NCBI GenBank assembly: GCA_023379025.1
Contig: JAMCTH010000009.1
Location: forward strand, 5,092-69,091
DNA: 64,000 nt
From: Patescibacteria group bacterium
GTDB lineage: Bacteria > Patescibacteriota > Microgenomatia > UBA10105 > UBA927
Reading direction: 5' to 3'
Each line of letters begins with the position of its first letter. Positions within the stretch are counted from its first letter, which is position 1. A program made the translations under genes and the position numbers. The notes beneath the pieces are model-generated. The model was given only the letters and a program-made list of their open reading frames with translations. It was not told where the DNA came from and did not search any database. Shown piece after piece: positions 50,827 through 60,453 of the stretch.

Positions 50827-51297
50827 TCAGGTATACCGGTCGGCCACTTTACTTGCCGCATAGCTTTCCGGTTTTGTCCGGACCAGATACCCGCTTCCCC
50901 GGATCATACCGACAATCTCACTGATCATTTCGCGCGTATCCCCGAATGCCCCGATATCGACGTGAATTTCCACATCATATTTGGTAATGCCGTCGTTACG
51001 AAGAAGCGCCAGGACCGTTTCCGCCATGGCAAGGGACATCACTGCCTCCTCGTACATCCGCTGCCGGAGAACATACTTCTTTTTGTTGACAATCCGTTTC
51101 CAGAAATAGATACCGCCGGATCCTACCCTCCGTACCACAATCGCCGTGACAAAATCCACACCCTGCCCGTTATGCGGCTGGGAGTCGGTGCCGATCACGA
51201 TCTCGTAAGTGCGCTCGGGGTCTGCGGACAGATATGCAACAATACGTTTGCGGATTTCCGGAAGATCAAGCGCGCCGTAGGTCGGACTCTGAAACAT
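50827..51297 (-). CDS. RNase H-like YkuK (DUF458) family protein
   Basis: IGTDSQ, VTAIV, EIHVDIG and KPESYAASKVADRYT motifs. Confidence 0.88.
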   Translation of the reverse strand: MFQSPTYGALDLPEIRKRIVAYLSADPERTYEIVIGTDSQPHNGQGVDFVTAIVVRRVGSGGIYFWKRIVNKKKYVLRQRMYEEAVMSLAMAETVLALLRNDGITKYDVEIHVDIGAFGDTREMISEIVGMIRGSGYLVRTKPESYAASKVADRYT

Positions 51298-51422
51298 ACG
51301 CGGCTAATAGTAGCAAAAGCACCTGTGGCCCGCAAGAAAACGGCGCCCGGCATACGAAAAGTACGAAAGGTGTTACCCTCCCGTACTTTTCCTGTTGTTC
51401 TCCGTTTCGTACGTACAGCAGA

Positions 51423-51689
51423 TTACTGCTGCGGTCGCTCTTCCCGGGGACGTGCTTCATTGACGACAAGCTGCCGTCCTTCCACGTCTTTGTTGTGGAA
51501 CAGTTCGATGGCTTTCTTGGCTTCCTCATCGGTTGCCATTTCCACGAAACCGAAGCCGCGTGATCGACCGGAATATTTATCGGCAATCACCTTGGCTGAA
51601 ACGACGTTTCCTGCCTGGGCAAATAATTGCCCGAGCTTGTCGCTGTCCACAGTGTAAGGAAGGTTCCCTACAAATAAATTGGTGGCCAT
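51423..51689 (-). CDS. RRM-domain RNA-binding protein
   Basis: RNP2 LFVGNL, RNP1 RGFGFVEM, VNEARP; strong SD GAAAGGAG. Confidence 0.95.
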   Translation of the reverse strand: MATNLFVGNLPYTVDSDKLGQLFAQAGNVVSAKVIADKYSGRSRGFGFVEMATDEEAKKAIELFHNKDVEGRQLVVNEARPREERPQQ

Positions 51690-51923
51690 AATGGGCTCCT
51701 TTCTCCTCAGGACTTAAAGGGGACACCGAACGCCTGAAGAGAAAGTCGGATGAGGTATCTCACACGGCTTTTCAAGGTCATGGGTCGCACACTTCTTTCC
51801 TAGGTCTTCCTTCTCCTGGCCCGGAACTTCCCGCGCCTCACAAAGGATCAAGGGGAGTATACCACATGCGGACCCGGTGGGACAAATGCAATCGGCAGTA
51901 CTGGCAAACCGATAGATCACCAA

Positions 51924-52541
51924 CTACTGCAATATCGCAGTCTCATCCACGGCGGACCCTCCATTCCCTGATCCTCCCTGAGGTGCGCCGGTGAAGGCGA
52001 AGCTTCCGGTTACGACATCGGAAATGCCGCTCCAGTATGCGCTTCCTGACGCTTCAACCGTATAGACTATGCCCTGATCCGGGAATCCGGTAATGATGAG
52101 GTCTGAGCCCGCGGTGCGGATTTTCTTTGCCGGCTTGCCGCCGAGATTCGCGTCCGTGATCACACCATCTGTGAACCGCTTATCGGTTTTCATCCAGGTG
52201 CCCAAGTTGGTTGCCGTGGTATCCCGGACCCATACGATGAGATTTCCGGGATGCTCCGGGTCGGTGAACTCGAAATGGGCGTAATTCACGTTATCTTCCG
52301 GATGTGTATTGAGTGTCAGGTTTTCCGGATAGGAAAATTGCATGCGGTTGTTGTTGTCGGTCAGTGTCTTGAGAGGAACCGGCGTCGGCGTCGGGGAAAC
52401 GGACGACACTGCCTGCTCAGATTCTGCCAGAGGATTGATAATCCTCCCCGGCCTCTTGACGCCGGTGGAGTACCATGCCGCAATACCACCCGCGGCTACC
52501 CCTACCACGACCGCACTGATGACAAGTGGATGGATGCGCAT
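51924..52541 (-). CDS. Hypothetical exported protein (PsbP-like fold possible)
   Basis: N-terminal TM, PTPTP linker, FSYP, LGGKPA and ...SFAF C-terminal pattern. Confidence 0.65.
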   Translation of the reverse strand: MRIHPLVISAVVVGVAAGGIAAWYSTGVKRPGRIINPLAESEQAVSSVSPTPTPVPLKTLTDNNNRMQFSYPENLTLNTHPEDNVNYAHFEFTDPEHPGNLIVWVRDTTATNLGTWMKTDKRFTDGVITDANLGGKPAKKIRTAGSDLIITGFPDQGIVYTVEASGSAYWSGISDVVTGSFAFTGAPQGGSGNGGSAVDETAILQ

Positions 52542-52588
52542 AGTTTCCCGTAGTATACCATCCGCACGGCCCTGATATAATGAAGGGA

Positions 52589-53017
52589 ATGAGTATCTCC
52601 CGCCGCTTTGCATCACTGGTACTCTGTTGTTGTTTCTTTCTGGTAATCCCCCTGCTTTCCCGCCCGGCACTGGCAGCCAAAAAACGGGTATGGCGCAGTA
52701 ACTCCGGCGGCGGAGAGACGTACTCAACCGGCAAACTCTCCCGACCAACGAACAGCGTCATCATTACGTTTCTCCACCTCGAAACCGTGGATTCCGCAAC
52801 GTATACACTCGAGTACAAAACGAACAAAACGACACAGGGGATCGTCGGAACGGTTACGCCGGCGGGACAGGATACGGAGTCCCGTGATCTCTACTTCGGA
52901 ACCTGCAGCCATGGAGTCTGTACGCCGCATGACAATATCTCCGCCGCCACGCTTACCGTGGAAACGCGGCTGAAAACCGGAGTGACCAACACAAAACGCT
53001 ACTATATCAGAATCTAA
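52589..53017 (+). CDS. Hypothetical secreted protein
   Basis: Signal peptide ending ALA; FGTCSHGVC motif; TATAAT 7 nt before ATG 52589. Confidence 0.7.
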   Translation: MSISRRFASLVLCCCFFLVIPLLSRPALAAKKRVWRSNSGGGETYSTGKLSRPTNSVIITFLHLETVDSATYTLEYKTNKTTQGIVGTVTPAGQDTESRDLYFGTCSHGVCTPHDNISAATLTVETRLKTGVTNTKRYYIRI

Positions 53018-53616
53018 AATCCCAGTTTTTCCCTAACGAACAGGATCGTTACCCTTCCGGGTTGCTGTTGCCGGACGATGAGAATATCATTTATTGCGCT
53101 TCCTTTTCCGTACGCTTTTTGTGCCCGCTCGTTTTCCAGAGGAAAAACATATTCTTCGATACGCCGGAACCCCTCCTCAACAGACGGGACAATCTTTTGC
53201 GTTCCGGCAATCCACAGCACATGATCTGCCCCATACACGTACGGCCCGAGTTGGCTTCCCGTTGCCGACGCAATCATCACCTGTCCGTCGCGGGTAACGG
53301 CGTGCACACTTCCCACAACCCAGTCCGGAGAAACGGCCACCCGCGTCATCTCTTTGCGCTGTGTTGCTCTGTCCATCGTAAGAAGTGTTTTGCGGATTGA
53401 ACGGTAACGACCGCTTTCGTTAATGTCGTGAAGAAGCCCGATCTGTTCCGACGTTCTCGAGGTGACGGTGAATACGCTCGCGCCTTCCGGCAACAGCGCC
53501 AACGCCCGTTCTTTTGCTTCTTGGGCGTGATCGCACATCAGCACGTCAAACCCGTGACCCCTGAGAGCCCGAGCCGTTTCCCTGAGCGTCTGATCGGATG
53601 CAAGTGTATCCCACAT
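53014..53616 (-). CDS. LUD-domain (lactate utilization-like) protein
   Basis: GSVHAVT.DG, ASATGSQL, GTQKIVP and EKLGF C-terminus. Confidence 0.85.
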   Translation of the reverse strand: MWDTLASDQTLRETARALRGHGFDVLMCDHAQEAKERALALLPEGASVFTVTSRTSEQIGLLHDINESGRYRSIRKTLLTMDRATQRKEMTRVAVSPDWVVGSVHAVTRDGQVMIASATGSQLGPYVYGADHVLWIAGTQKIVPSVEEGFRRIEEYVFPLENERAQKAYGKGSAINDILIVRQQQPGRVTILFVREKLGF

Positions 53617-53679
53617 AGAACCGCACTTCCTTTACTTTGCCGGTCGCAATTGGTAAACTACACCGTACATCAATTACTT

Positions 53680-53693
53680 TACTTTGTAAAGTA
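53680..53693. promoter_or_regulatory. Palindromic operator, probably for the adjacent HxlR regulator
   Basis: TACTTT-GT-AAAGTA between the divergent LUD and hxlR-like genes. Confidence 0.55.
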
Positions 53694-53710
53694 GTTACAT
53701 ATTATATAGT

Positions 53711-54019
53711 ATGAATGCCCGTGATAAGCAATGTCTCGGGAAAACCCTCAACATTATCGGGAGTAAATGGACGGTATTTCTCCTCCATGAGCTTACCGGC
53801 GGCACCAGACGTTTCGGCGAACTTGAACGCGCGCTTGACGGCATTAGCCCCCGGACGTTATCACTGCGTCTCAGGGAACTCGAACACGCAGGAATTGTAA
53901 AGAAGAAACTCTACGCGGAAGTGCCTCCCCATGCGGAATATTCCCTGACGGACAAAGGGAAATCACTCCGCAGTATCATCCGGAACATCCATACCTGGGG
54001 AAAGGGCCGGTCGGTATGA
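53711..54019 (+). CDS. HxlR-family winged-helix transcriptional regulator
   Basis: N-terminal Cys, IGSKW, RRFGEL, ISPRTLSLRLREL and EVPP..EYSLT.KG motifs. Confidence 0.92.
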   Translation: MNARDKQCLGKTLNIIGSKWTVFLLHELTGGTRRFGELERALDGISPRTLSLRLRELEHAGIVKKKLYAEVPPHAEYSLTDKGKSLRSIIRNIHTWGKGRSV

Positions 54020-54915
54020 TGTCCCTCCTCATCTCACGGGGTTTTGACGGGTATGAGCTTCTGGACACCGGAGCAGGAGAAAAGCTCGAGCGTTTCGGAC
54101 AGTACCGTGTTTCCCGACCCGATCCGCAGATACTCTGGCGCAGAAAAAACACCGTGCCGTGGGACGCGGACGCGGTTTTTTCCCGTACCGCGGCAGACCG
54201 CGGCACCTGGAGCCTCCGTCGGCCTGTACCGGACCCGTGGATCATCCGTTATCGCACACTCCGCTTCCGCCTGAAACTTACCCCGTTCAAGCATCTCGGC
54301 ATCTTTCCCGAGCAGGCTTCGCAGTGGGAATGGGTTATGGCATCGATTGCCGCCGCTTCCCGGCCGGTACACATGCTTAATCTCTTCGGCTATACCGGCG
54401 CCCTATCCCTTGCTGCTGCCGCTTCAGGAGCAGACGTCACCCATGTGGATGCCTCGCGGCCGACCATCGGATGGGCACGGGAAAATCAGCATCTGTCAGG
54501 ACTGGGCCAGGCACCGGTACGCTGGATTCTTGATGATGCGGTTTCCTTTTGCCGACGGGAAATTAAACGCGGTGCGGCGTATGAAGCAATCGTCATGGAT
54601 CCTCCGGTCCGCGGTCACGGACCCCACGGGGAACTCTGGGATTTTACCGCGGGTTTTCCCAGACTCATGGGGTATTGCCGCCAGCTGCTTGCTCCGAAAC
54701 CGCTTTTCATCCTCATCAATGCGTACGCAGTAAGCACCTCTTCCGTCATCCTCGACCGCGTACTCGAAGATGAAACCGGAGGAACGGGAAACATCATCTC
54801 CGGCGAGCTCGGGATGCGCGAACGGGTGTCCGGGCGCATTCTCACCACAGGCATTTTTGCGGCATGGTCGCCGGACGCGGACATCACTTCGGGCATCCTG
54901 AGTCGTTCGGATTAA
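54016..54915 (+). CDS. Class I SAM-dependent methyltransferase (RlmI-like family)
   Basis: YELLD.G.GEKLERFG, KHLGIFPEQ, LNLFGYTG, HVDAS and MDPP motifs. Confidence 0.88.
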   Translation: MMSLLISRGFDGYELLDTGAGEKLERFGQYRVSRPDPQILWRRKNTVPWDADAVFSRTAADRGTWSLRRPVPDPWIIRYRTLRFRLKLTPFKHLGIFPEQASQWEWVMASIAAASRPVHMLNLFGYTGALSLAAAASGADVTHVDASRPTIGWARENQHLSGLGQAPVRWILDDAVSFCRREIKRGAAYEAIVMDPPVRGHGPHGELWDFTAGFPRLMGYCRQLLAPKPLFILINAYAVSTSSVILDRVLEDETGGTGNIISGELGMRERVSGRILTTGIFAAWSPDADITSGILSRSD

Positions 54916-55064
54916 GCGTTATATCACGTCCTGCCGCCCCACATTGCAACAACCGGAAAAATCTGTTACCCTGTATCCAGCAAGTCATCCGGCCTGCACC
55001 ATACCCAAACGGATATCCCGGTCCCGGTTTCCCGTGTCCGCAGTGGGTATACTGTGAGGCAGTT

Positions 55065-55736
55065 ATGGACAAAAATGCCGTAAGGAAGATCGATATCTTC
55101 TTTACCAAATTTACTCCTCTGCATTTTGAGAAGAACGATGTCATCCTTCAGGCCGGAGAAACACCGGAAGGCATCTATTACATCACAAAAGGGCTCGTGA
55201 AGCAGTACCTTATATCCAAAAAAGGAGAAACGTTTATCCTCCATGTCTTCCGTGCAGAATCATTTTTCCACATGACGTGGTTTGTAAACGGGGGCATCAA
55301 TACGTCCTATTTTGAAGCTATGGCGCCGGTTGATGTCTACCGTGCACCCATGGAAAAAGTGGAAACCTTTTTTACGGCACATCCTGAACTCTACCGGCAT
55401 TTTGCCAACCGTCTGCTCCGTGGGGTGGACGGCATGATCTCCCGGCTTGGATTCCTGATGCTCGAACCCGCATACGTCAAAATCATTTCCTTTCTCGTAT
55501 ACCTGGCTCAGAAATACAGCAGCAAAGAAGACGGAAAACTGGTCACGCAGCTGCCGTTCAGCCACAAGGAAATTGCATCATGGGTCGGCACCACCCGGGA
55601 AACCGCAAGCATTCAGATGGAACGCCTCAAAAAAATGGGGATCATCAGCTACCGGAGGCGGCTGATCGTCATCCACAACCTCAAACACCTGCAGGACGAG
55701 CTTCTCTCGGGAAGCGAACAGGCGCGCATGTCATGA
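55065..55736 (+). CDS. Crp/Fnr-family transcriptional regulator
   Basis: cNMP-binding fold (IYYITKGLVK) and HTH SHKEIASWVGTTRETAS. Confidence 0.92.
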   Translation: MDKNAVRKIDIFFTKFTPLHFEKNDVILQAGETPEGIYYITKGLVKQYLISKKGETFILHVFRAESFFHMTWFVNGGINTSYFEAMAPVDVYRAPMEKVETFFTAHPELYRHFANRLLRGVDGMISRLGFLMLEPAYVKIISFLVYLAQKYSSKEDGKLVTQLPFSHKEIASWVGTTRETASIQMERLKKMGIISYRRRLIVIHNLKHLQDELLSGSEQARMS

Positions 55737-55745
55737 CGCCGGCAG

Positions 55746-55886
55746 TCATTTCTTCTGCAGCTGTTTCCAGAGCCAAAGTCCCAACAGGATAAGATCGACA
55801 ACCACGAGAAGATAAACGGCTAGTCCGAATACATTGCCGCCTCCCCATCCTGCCATGTTGCCGTAGGTATAGTTCCAACCCATCAT
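55746..55886 (-). CDS. Small membrane protein (MMGW...LWLWKQLQKK)
   Basis: Strong SD AAGGAGGTGA; Gly/Met-rich N-terminus and one TM helix. Confidence 0.7.
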   Translation of the reverse strand: MMGWNYTYGNMAGWGGGNVFGLAVYLLVVVDLILLGLWLWKQLQKK

Positions 55887-55999
55887 GAACGCGTCACCTC
55901 CCTTATAACGTCTATTGTCGTACTGTTTCTCCACCCGGTCAACTCCGGCAGACGTTGTCATCCATATGTTTGTCATAGATTCCTGGTATAATACTGATC

Positions 56000-56374
56000 A
56001 TGCTCAAAAACACGAATTTATCCGTTTGCATCTGGTCGGATAACTACAAAGCCCTTGCCGGGTGGTACCGGGATACGTTGGATCTCCCGGTCCGCGAAGA
56101 ACTGACGCTTCCCAGTGATACGGGCATTGATTTTGACTTCGGGGGGAACTACTTCTCTGTCGGGCGCCATGATAAGGTCCACGGAAAAAACAAAGACCCC
56201 TACCGCATCATGATCGGATTTGAGGTGGAAAGTGTCGCAAAAACCTATGCCGAACTCCAAAAAAAAGGGGTCACCGTTATAGCTGCACCATTTGAGGGAC
56301 CGCCCGGCGGCTTTTGGTGCATGACCATTGCTGATCCCGAGGGCAATATCCTCCAGTTTTTCGGCGATAAATAA
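56000..56374 (+). CDS. VOC/glyoxalase family protein
   Basis: WYRDTL.L, FEVESV...Y.EL..KGV and ADPEGNILQ motifs. Confidence 0.88.
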   Translation: MLKNTNLSVCIWSDNYKALAGWYRDTLDLPVREELTLPSDTGIDFDFGGNYFSVGRHDKVHGKNKDPYRIMIGFEVESVAKTYAELQKKGVTVIAAPFEGPPGGFWCMTIADPEGNILQFFGDK

Positions 56375-56379
56375 CTTCT

Positions 56380-57276
56380 ATGCCGTGGTACGCTTTCGCC
56401 GCCGCAACCCCGGTCCTCTACAGCTGGGCCGTCTTCATCGATAAATTCCTTATCGAAAAACGCATTAAAAACCCGATAGTGTTAACCTCCGTATTCGGCA
56501 TGACGAGCGGTCTCATCGGTGTTCTCATCGGCCTGATTCACGGGTTTCAGCCTATCGGACTGTTCAACACGCTTGTCATTATGGCCGGGGGCATGCTTCT
56601 CGTGTTCTATCTCCTTCCCTACTACGCCGCAATCCAAAAAGAAGATGTGTCGCGGGTCATCCCGATGTATGAACTTATCCCGGTTTTTACCCTCGGTATG
56701 TCCGCGCTATTTTTGCATGAGACACTCACATTCAAACAGATCCTCGGGCTCTTTGTAGTGGTTATTGGGGCGGTCACGATATCCATGGAACACATAGAAG
56801 GGAGTATTTTCCGACCGAGAAAAGCGCTCTGGCTTATCCTCCTTTCGAGCATCCTTTACGGAACGGTCGGAATTGTTTTCCGGTATATCGTAAAAGATGC
56901 CGGCTATTGGACGACGTTTTCCTATGAGTACATCGGTACCGGTATCGCGGGAGTTGCTCTCCTTTTTCTCCCATCAGTCCGGCGGGGTTTTCAAAAAGAC
57001 TTCGCCGCTCTTACATCTTCTCTTGGATTGTTGGCGGTAGATAAAGCCTGCGGCATCACGGCACAACTGTCGGAAGGGGTCGCGCTGTCTCTTGCTTTCG
57101 TTCCGCTCGTTAACACCATCGAAAGCATTCAACCCATCGTCATGCTTATAGAAGGAATGCTTCTTACCGTTCTGTTGCCGCGCTTCATCAGGGAAAATAT
57201 CTCCGGGGGTGTCCTTGCCCATAAAGCCGTCTCTATCGCTATTATTTTCGCCGGGCTGACGCTCATGTACCTCTGA
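56380..57276 (+). CDS. EamA/DMT family transporter
   Basis: About 10 TM helices; FLHETL...QILG and SIQP motifs. Confidence 0.82.
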   Translation: MPWYAFAAATPVLYSWAVFIDKFLIEKRIKNPIVLTSVFGMTSGLIGVLIGLIHGFQPIGLFNTLVIMAGGMLLVFYLLPYYAAIQKEDVSRVIPMYELIPVFTLGMSALFLHETLTFKQILGLFVVVIGAVTISMEHIEGSIFRPRKALWLILLSSILYGTVGIVFRYIVKDAGYWTTFSYEYIGTGIAGVALLFLPSVRRGFQKDFAALTSSLGLLAVDKACGITAQLSEGVALSLAFVPLVNTIESIQPIVMLIEGMLLTVLLPRFIRENISGGVLAHKAVSIAIIFAGLTLMYL

Positions 57277-57329
57277 CGCTCCTCTCCGGCGCTCTGTCGC
57301 CCGGAAGACAAGAACGGTAGACCCCACGC

Positions 57330-58391
57330 TCATGAGCGGGTTTTTGTTCCCAGATTATCGTATCCCTTCAGGCGGTACACCGCAAGCGAAAGAAGCCAGC
57401 TCAGGAGAAATGCGATAATGATGATATACCCCATGTTGCCGAGATCCACGCGGTTTATGGCGCGGATTACCAAGCCTCCCCACCCCAATTCACGCGCAAG
57501 CAATTGCACTCCTTCAACTCCTCCGATAAACAGCGCTATGACGACGGAAATGAACGTAATATTCAGGTTATAGTACAGTTTCCGGACCGGCTTGACATAT
57601 GCCCATCCGTATGCGCCAAGCATGAGTATACCGTCGAGCGTATCGATAAGAGACATCCCGGCAGTAAACGCGACAGGAAGGAGCAATACTTTCCATGCCT
57701 CCATCCCGCCGGCACCCGTTGCCGCGGAAAGGGAAAGGAGTCCCACTTCGCTTGCCGTATCAAAACCGAGCCCGAACAGAAACCCGACAAAATACATGTT
57801 CCAGCTCGCGGATACCGCCCCGAGGAACGGCCGGAAGAACCGCGCAAGAAATCCCTTGGTTTCGAGATGCATGCGGATCTCCCGCGCATCATATCCTCCG
57901 CCACGGATAACTCTCCGCCACACCCGGACGATATCAAGAAGCGCAAAAAGATTTACAAATCCGATAAGGAGCAAAAATACGCTTGAAACCAGCGTCCCGA
58001 CGAGCGCCCCGGTACTCCGGAATGCCGGCAGATTGGTTCTGATATAGGAAGCAAAGAACGCTATGGCGACGGAAAGCGCCACGACAATTGTCGAGTGGCC
58101 GAGCGAGAAAAAAAACCCGACACCGACCGGCCGTTTCCCCTCACCCATGAGTTTCCGGGTCGTATTGTCGATTGCCGCTATATGATCCGCATCTACGGCA
58201 TGTCGTAGTCCCAACCCGTATGCAAGTACCACGAGTCCAACAAACGTCGTATTCCCAACAGACGCCCAAAGACTACCGGCCCAGACCGACAGGTTGAGAA
58301 GAATCAAAATAGTTGCAAGAGCCGTCAATCTCCGCCGAAAACCTGGTGAAGTTTTGGAAAAAAGAGTATGGAGTTTGCCCGGCAACTTCAT
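57330..58391 (-). CDS. NiCoT (HoxN/NixA) nickel/cobalt permease
   Basis: GLRHAVDADHIAAIDNTTR, FFSLGHST, GFLFGLGFDTASE and AGM.LIDT.DG motifs. Confidence 0.95.
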   Translation of the reverse strand: MKLPGKLHTLFSKTSPGFRRRLTALATILILLNLSVWAGSLWASVGNTTFVGLVVLAYGLGLRHAVDADHIAAIDNTTRKLMGEGKRPVGVGFFFSLGHSTIVVALSVAIAFFASYIRTNLPAFRSTGALVGTLVSSVFLLLIGFVNLFALLDIVRVWRRVIRGGGYDAREIRMHLETKGFLARFFRPFLGAVSASWNMYFVGFLFGLGFDTASEVGLLSLSAATGAGGMEAWKVLLLPVAFTAGMSLIDTLDGILMLGAYGWAYVKPVRKLYYNLNITFISVVIALFIGGVEGVQLLARELGWGGLVIRAINRVDLGNMGYIIIIAFLLSWLLSLAVYRLKGYDNLGTKTRS

Positions 58392-58602
58392 ATGATGGTA
58401 TTCTACCGTGACTCCCCGAAAAACGAAAATGATCTCTTTTCATTCGTCTTCCCGGGCACTATGATGAAAACATATCTCGGCATGCCGGGAATGTTGATAT
58501 TGGAGATACGTCAGCCGTACCCATCCGAAAGCGACAATCATCCGAATCACAAGAATTCCTGCCGGTCTTCAACCTTATATCATCCCGCGCACGCATCGTC
58601 TT

Positions 58603-60453
58603 ATGACACATCCATCGGTTGTTCGTCCGGGAAGCGGTATCCGCGGCCTTGGAACAAGTTTTGATGAAAACGGGGTGTTTCTTTATCTCGACACACAACA
58701 AGAACAAAACGCCATCCTTCTCTCCTACGCGGCAAACGGCATGGATTTCCGGCCGGTCTCCGATAACGTGCACATCACCGGTAACGACGGACAACCCGTA
58801 TCAGCCGCATTTCTTGAAGAATTCCGGATCGCATGCCTGAAAAAAAACGACTCCCTCCTCTCATACCGGGATAAACGGGAAAACGGCGTTTTCCTAGCCC
58901 GTTCGCGCGACCGAATCAACTGGAGAACGTTTACCCGGGTGCCCTACGCTGATACTCCTTTCCTCCTTGTGCCGCAATCAGGACTCCGACGCGGACACAT
59001 CGCCTACGCCGGCAACACCGTCATCCATGCTCTCCGGTCCGGCAGTCTCAGGAGCTGGGAACGGGGTCTGCAGATCATCCCGCCAAGCGGATCCGTCCCG
59101 GACCCGCATACTACATACCGGGCCGGCATGACTATGCCAACGGATGATGGTATTGCATTTTTTTACTTCAGCGGCCATGACGGAAAAGACGGGATCCGTT
59201 GGGCGGTCAGGGTAGTCTATGCGGACAAGTACGATCCGGAAAATCTGGTCTGGCGCTCAGGCAATGCCGTCTGGGAGGAAACGGACGAGTGGATACAAAG
59301 AAATATGGCGCCGGTAGGGGTAGCACGTTCGGAAGGACGTCTGGTAAGTTACTGGAATGTACCGGGTGCCGGCATCCATGCAATCACCCATACACCGGTT
59401 ACTCATATATCTGACGAACGCCGTCACATGAGTCCCAATATACTCCGCCGCGTCCTCGAGAACCCGATACTCAAACCGTTAGCCCGGCACCGGTGGGCAT
59501 CGCGGGCCACCTTCAACCCGACCGCGGTCTTTGACCGGGGGACGATTCACCTTATCTACCGCGCCATCGGCGATCAGGATATCTCCGTTTTGGGCTATGC
59601 CACTACCCGGGACGGCACACATATAGATGAACGTCTGGATGAGCCGATATACATTCCGCAGGAGCCCTTTGAGCTCACGCGGTCCGACGCCCCCTGCCCG
59701 GGCCTGTATGCGTCGGGCGGAGGGTACGGCGGCTGCGAAGATCCGAGGATCACAAAAATCGGGGACCGGTTCTATCTCACCTATGTGGCGTATAACGGTG
59801 CAGATCCGCCGCGGGTTGCTTTTACCTCAATCGATGCGACGGACTTCAGGAACCGGCGGTGGCGCTGGGAAAAAGCCGTCCTTATTTCCCGGCCGGGAGT
59901 TGTCGATAAAAATGCGGTGCTGTTTCCGGAAAAAATCAATGATTCCTATGTATTTCTCCACCGGATATTTCCGGATATGCTCCTTGATTATGTCCCGTCG
60001 CTTTCGTTTGACGGAACCGTGTGGCTCAGAGATGCCGACCGAATCCGGCCAAGAATATTTTCCTGGGATTCAAGAAAAATCGGTGCCGGACCTCCCCCTA
60101 TCAAAACGCCGTACGGATGGCTCCTTATCTATCATGCGGTCGGCGACCACGATCCCTCCCGGTACAAAATCGGGGCCATGCTCCTTTCGCTCGATGATCC
60201 TTCACGGGTACTATGCCGTTCCCGCATGCCCATCCTTGCGCCGGACCTGCCGTATGAAAACGAAGGGCATAAAGCGGGTGTCGTCTATCCGTGCGGCGCT
60301 GTCGTGCACGGCAATGATCTCATCATCTACTACGGCGGCGCGGATACCGTCATCTGTGCGGCAAAAACACCGCTTAGATCGTTTCTTGAAAACCTGAAAG
60401 AGGAAGGGTCTCTCGAACAGAACGCAGTCCGTATGCAATCCTACCGCTTATGA
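58603..60453 (+). CDS. GH130-family glycosidase/phosphorylase with degenerate N-terminal propeller
   Basis: NPIL.P, FNP, YRA, GCEDPR, KNAVLFPEKI, LLIYH, VVYPCG and YYGGAD motifs in the C-terminal half. Confidence 0.85.
   Translation: MTHPSVVRPGSGIRGLGTSFDENGVFLYLDTQQEQNAILLSYAANGMDFRPVSDNVHITGNDGQPVSAAFLEEFRIACLKKNDSLLSYRDKRENGVFLARSRDRINWRTFTRVPYADTPFLLVPQSGLRRGHIAYAGNTVIHALRSGSLRSWERGLQIIPPSGSVPDPHTTYRAGMTMPTDDGIAFFYFSGHDGKDGIRWAVRVVYADKYDPENLVWRSGNAVWEETDEWIQRNMAPVGVARSEGRLVSYWNVPGAGIHAITHTPVTHISDERRHMSPNILRRVLENPILKPLARHRWASRATFNPTAVFDRGTIHLIYRAIGDQDISVLGYATTRDGTHIDERLDEPIYIPQEPFELTRSDAPCPGLYASGGGYGGCEDPRITKIGDRFYLTYVAYNGADPPRVAFTSIDATDFRNRRWRWEKAVLISRPGVVDKNAVLFPEKINDSYVFLHRIFPDMLLDYVPSLSFDGTVWLRDADRIRPRIFSWDSRKIGAGPPPIKTPYGWLLIYHAVGDHDPSRYKIGAMLLSLDDPSRVLCRSRMPILAPDLPYENEGHKAGVVYPCGAVVHGNDLIIYYGGADTVICAAKTPLRSFLENLKEEGSLEQNAVRMQSYRL

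Noticed and set aside
55954-55977. TTGTCAT direct repeat as a Crp/Fnr site
   Set aside because: It is a direct rather than inverted repeat and does not match TGTGA-N6-TCACA or TTGAT-N4-ATCAA; too weak to call.
58392-58602. Possible NiCo or cobalamin riboswitch upstream of the NiCoT gene
   Set aside because: A -10 lies 8 nt from the start codon, leaving no leader, and I see no recognisable riboswitch consensus.
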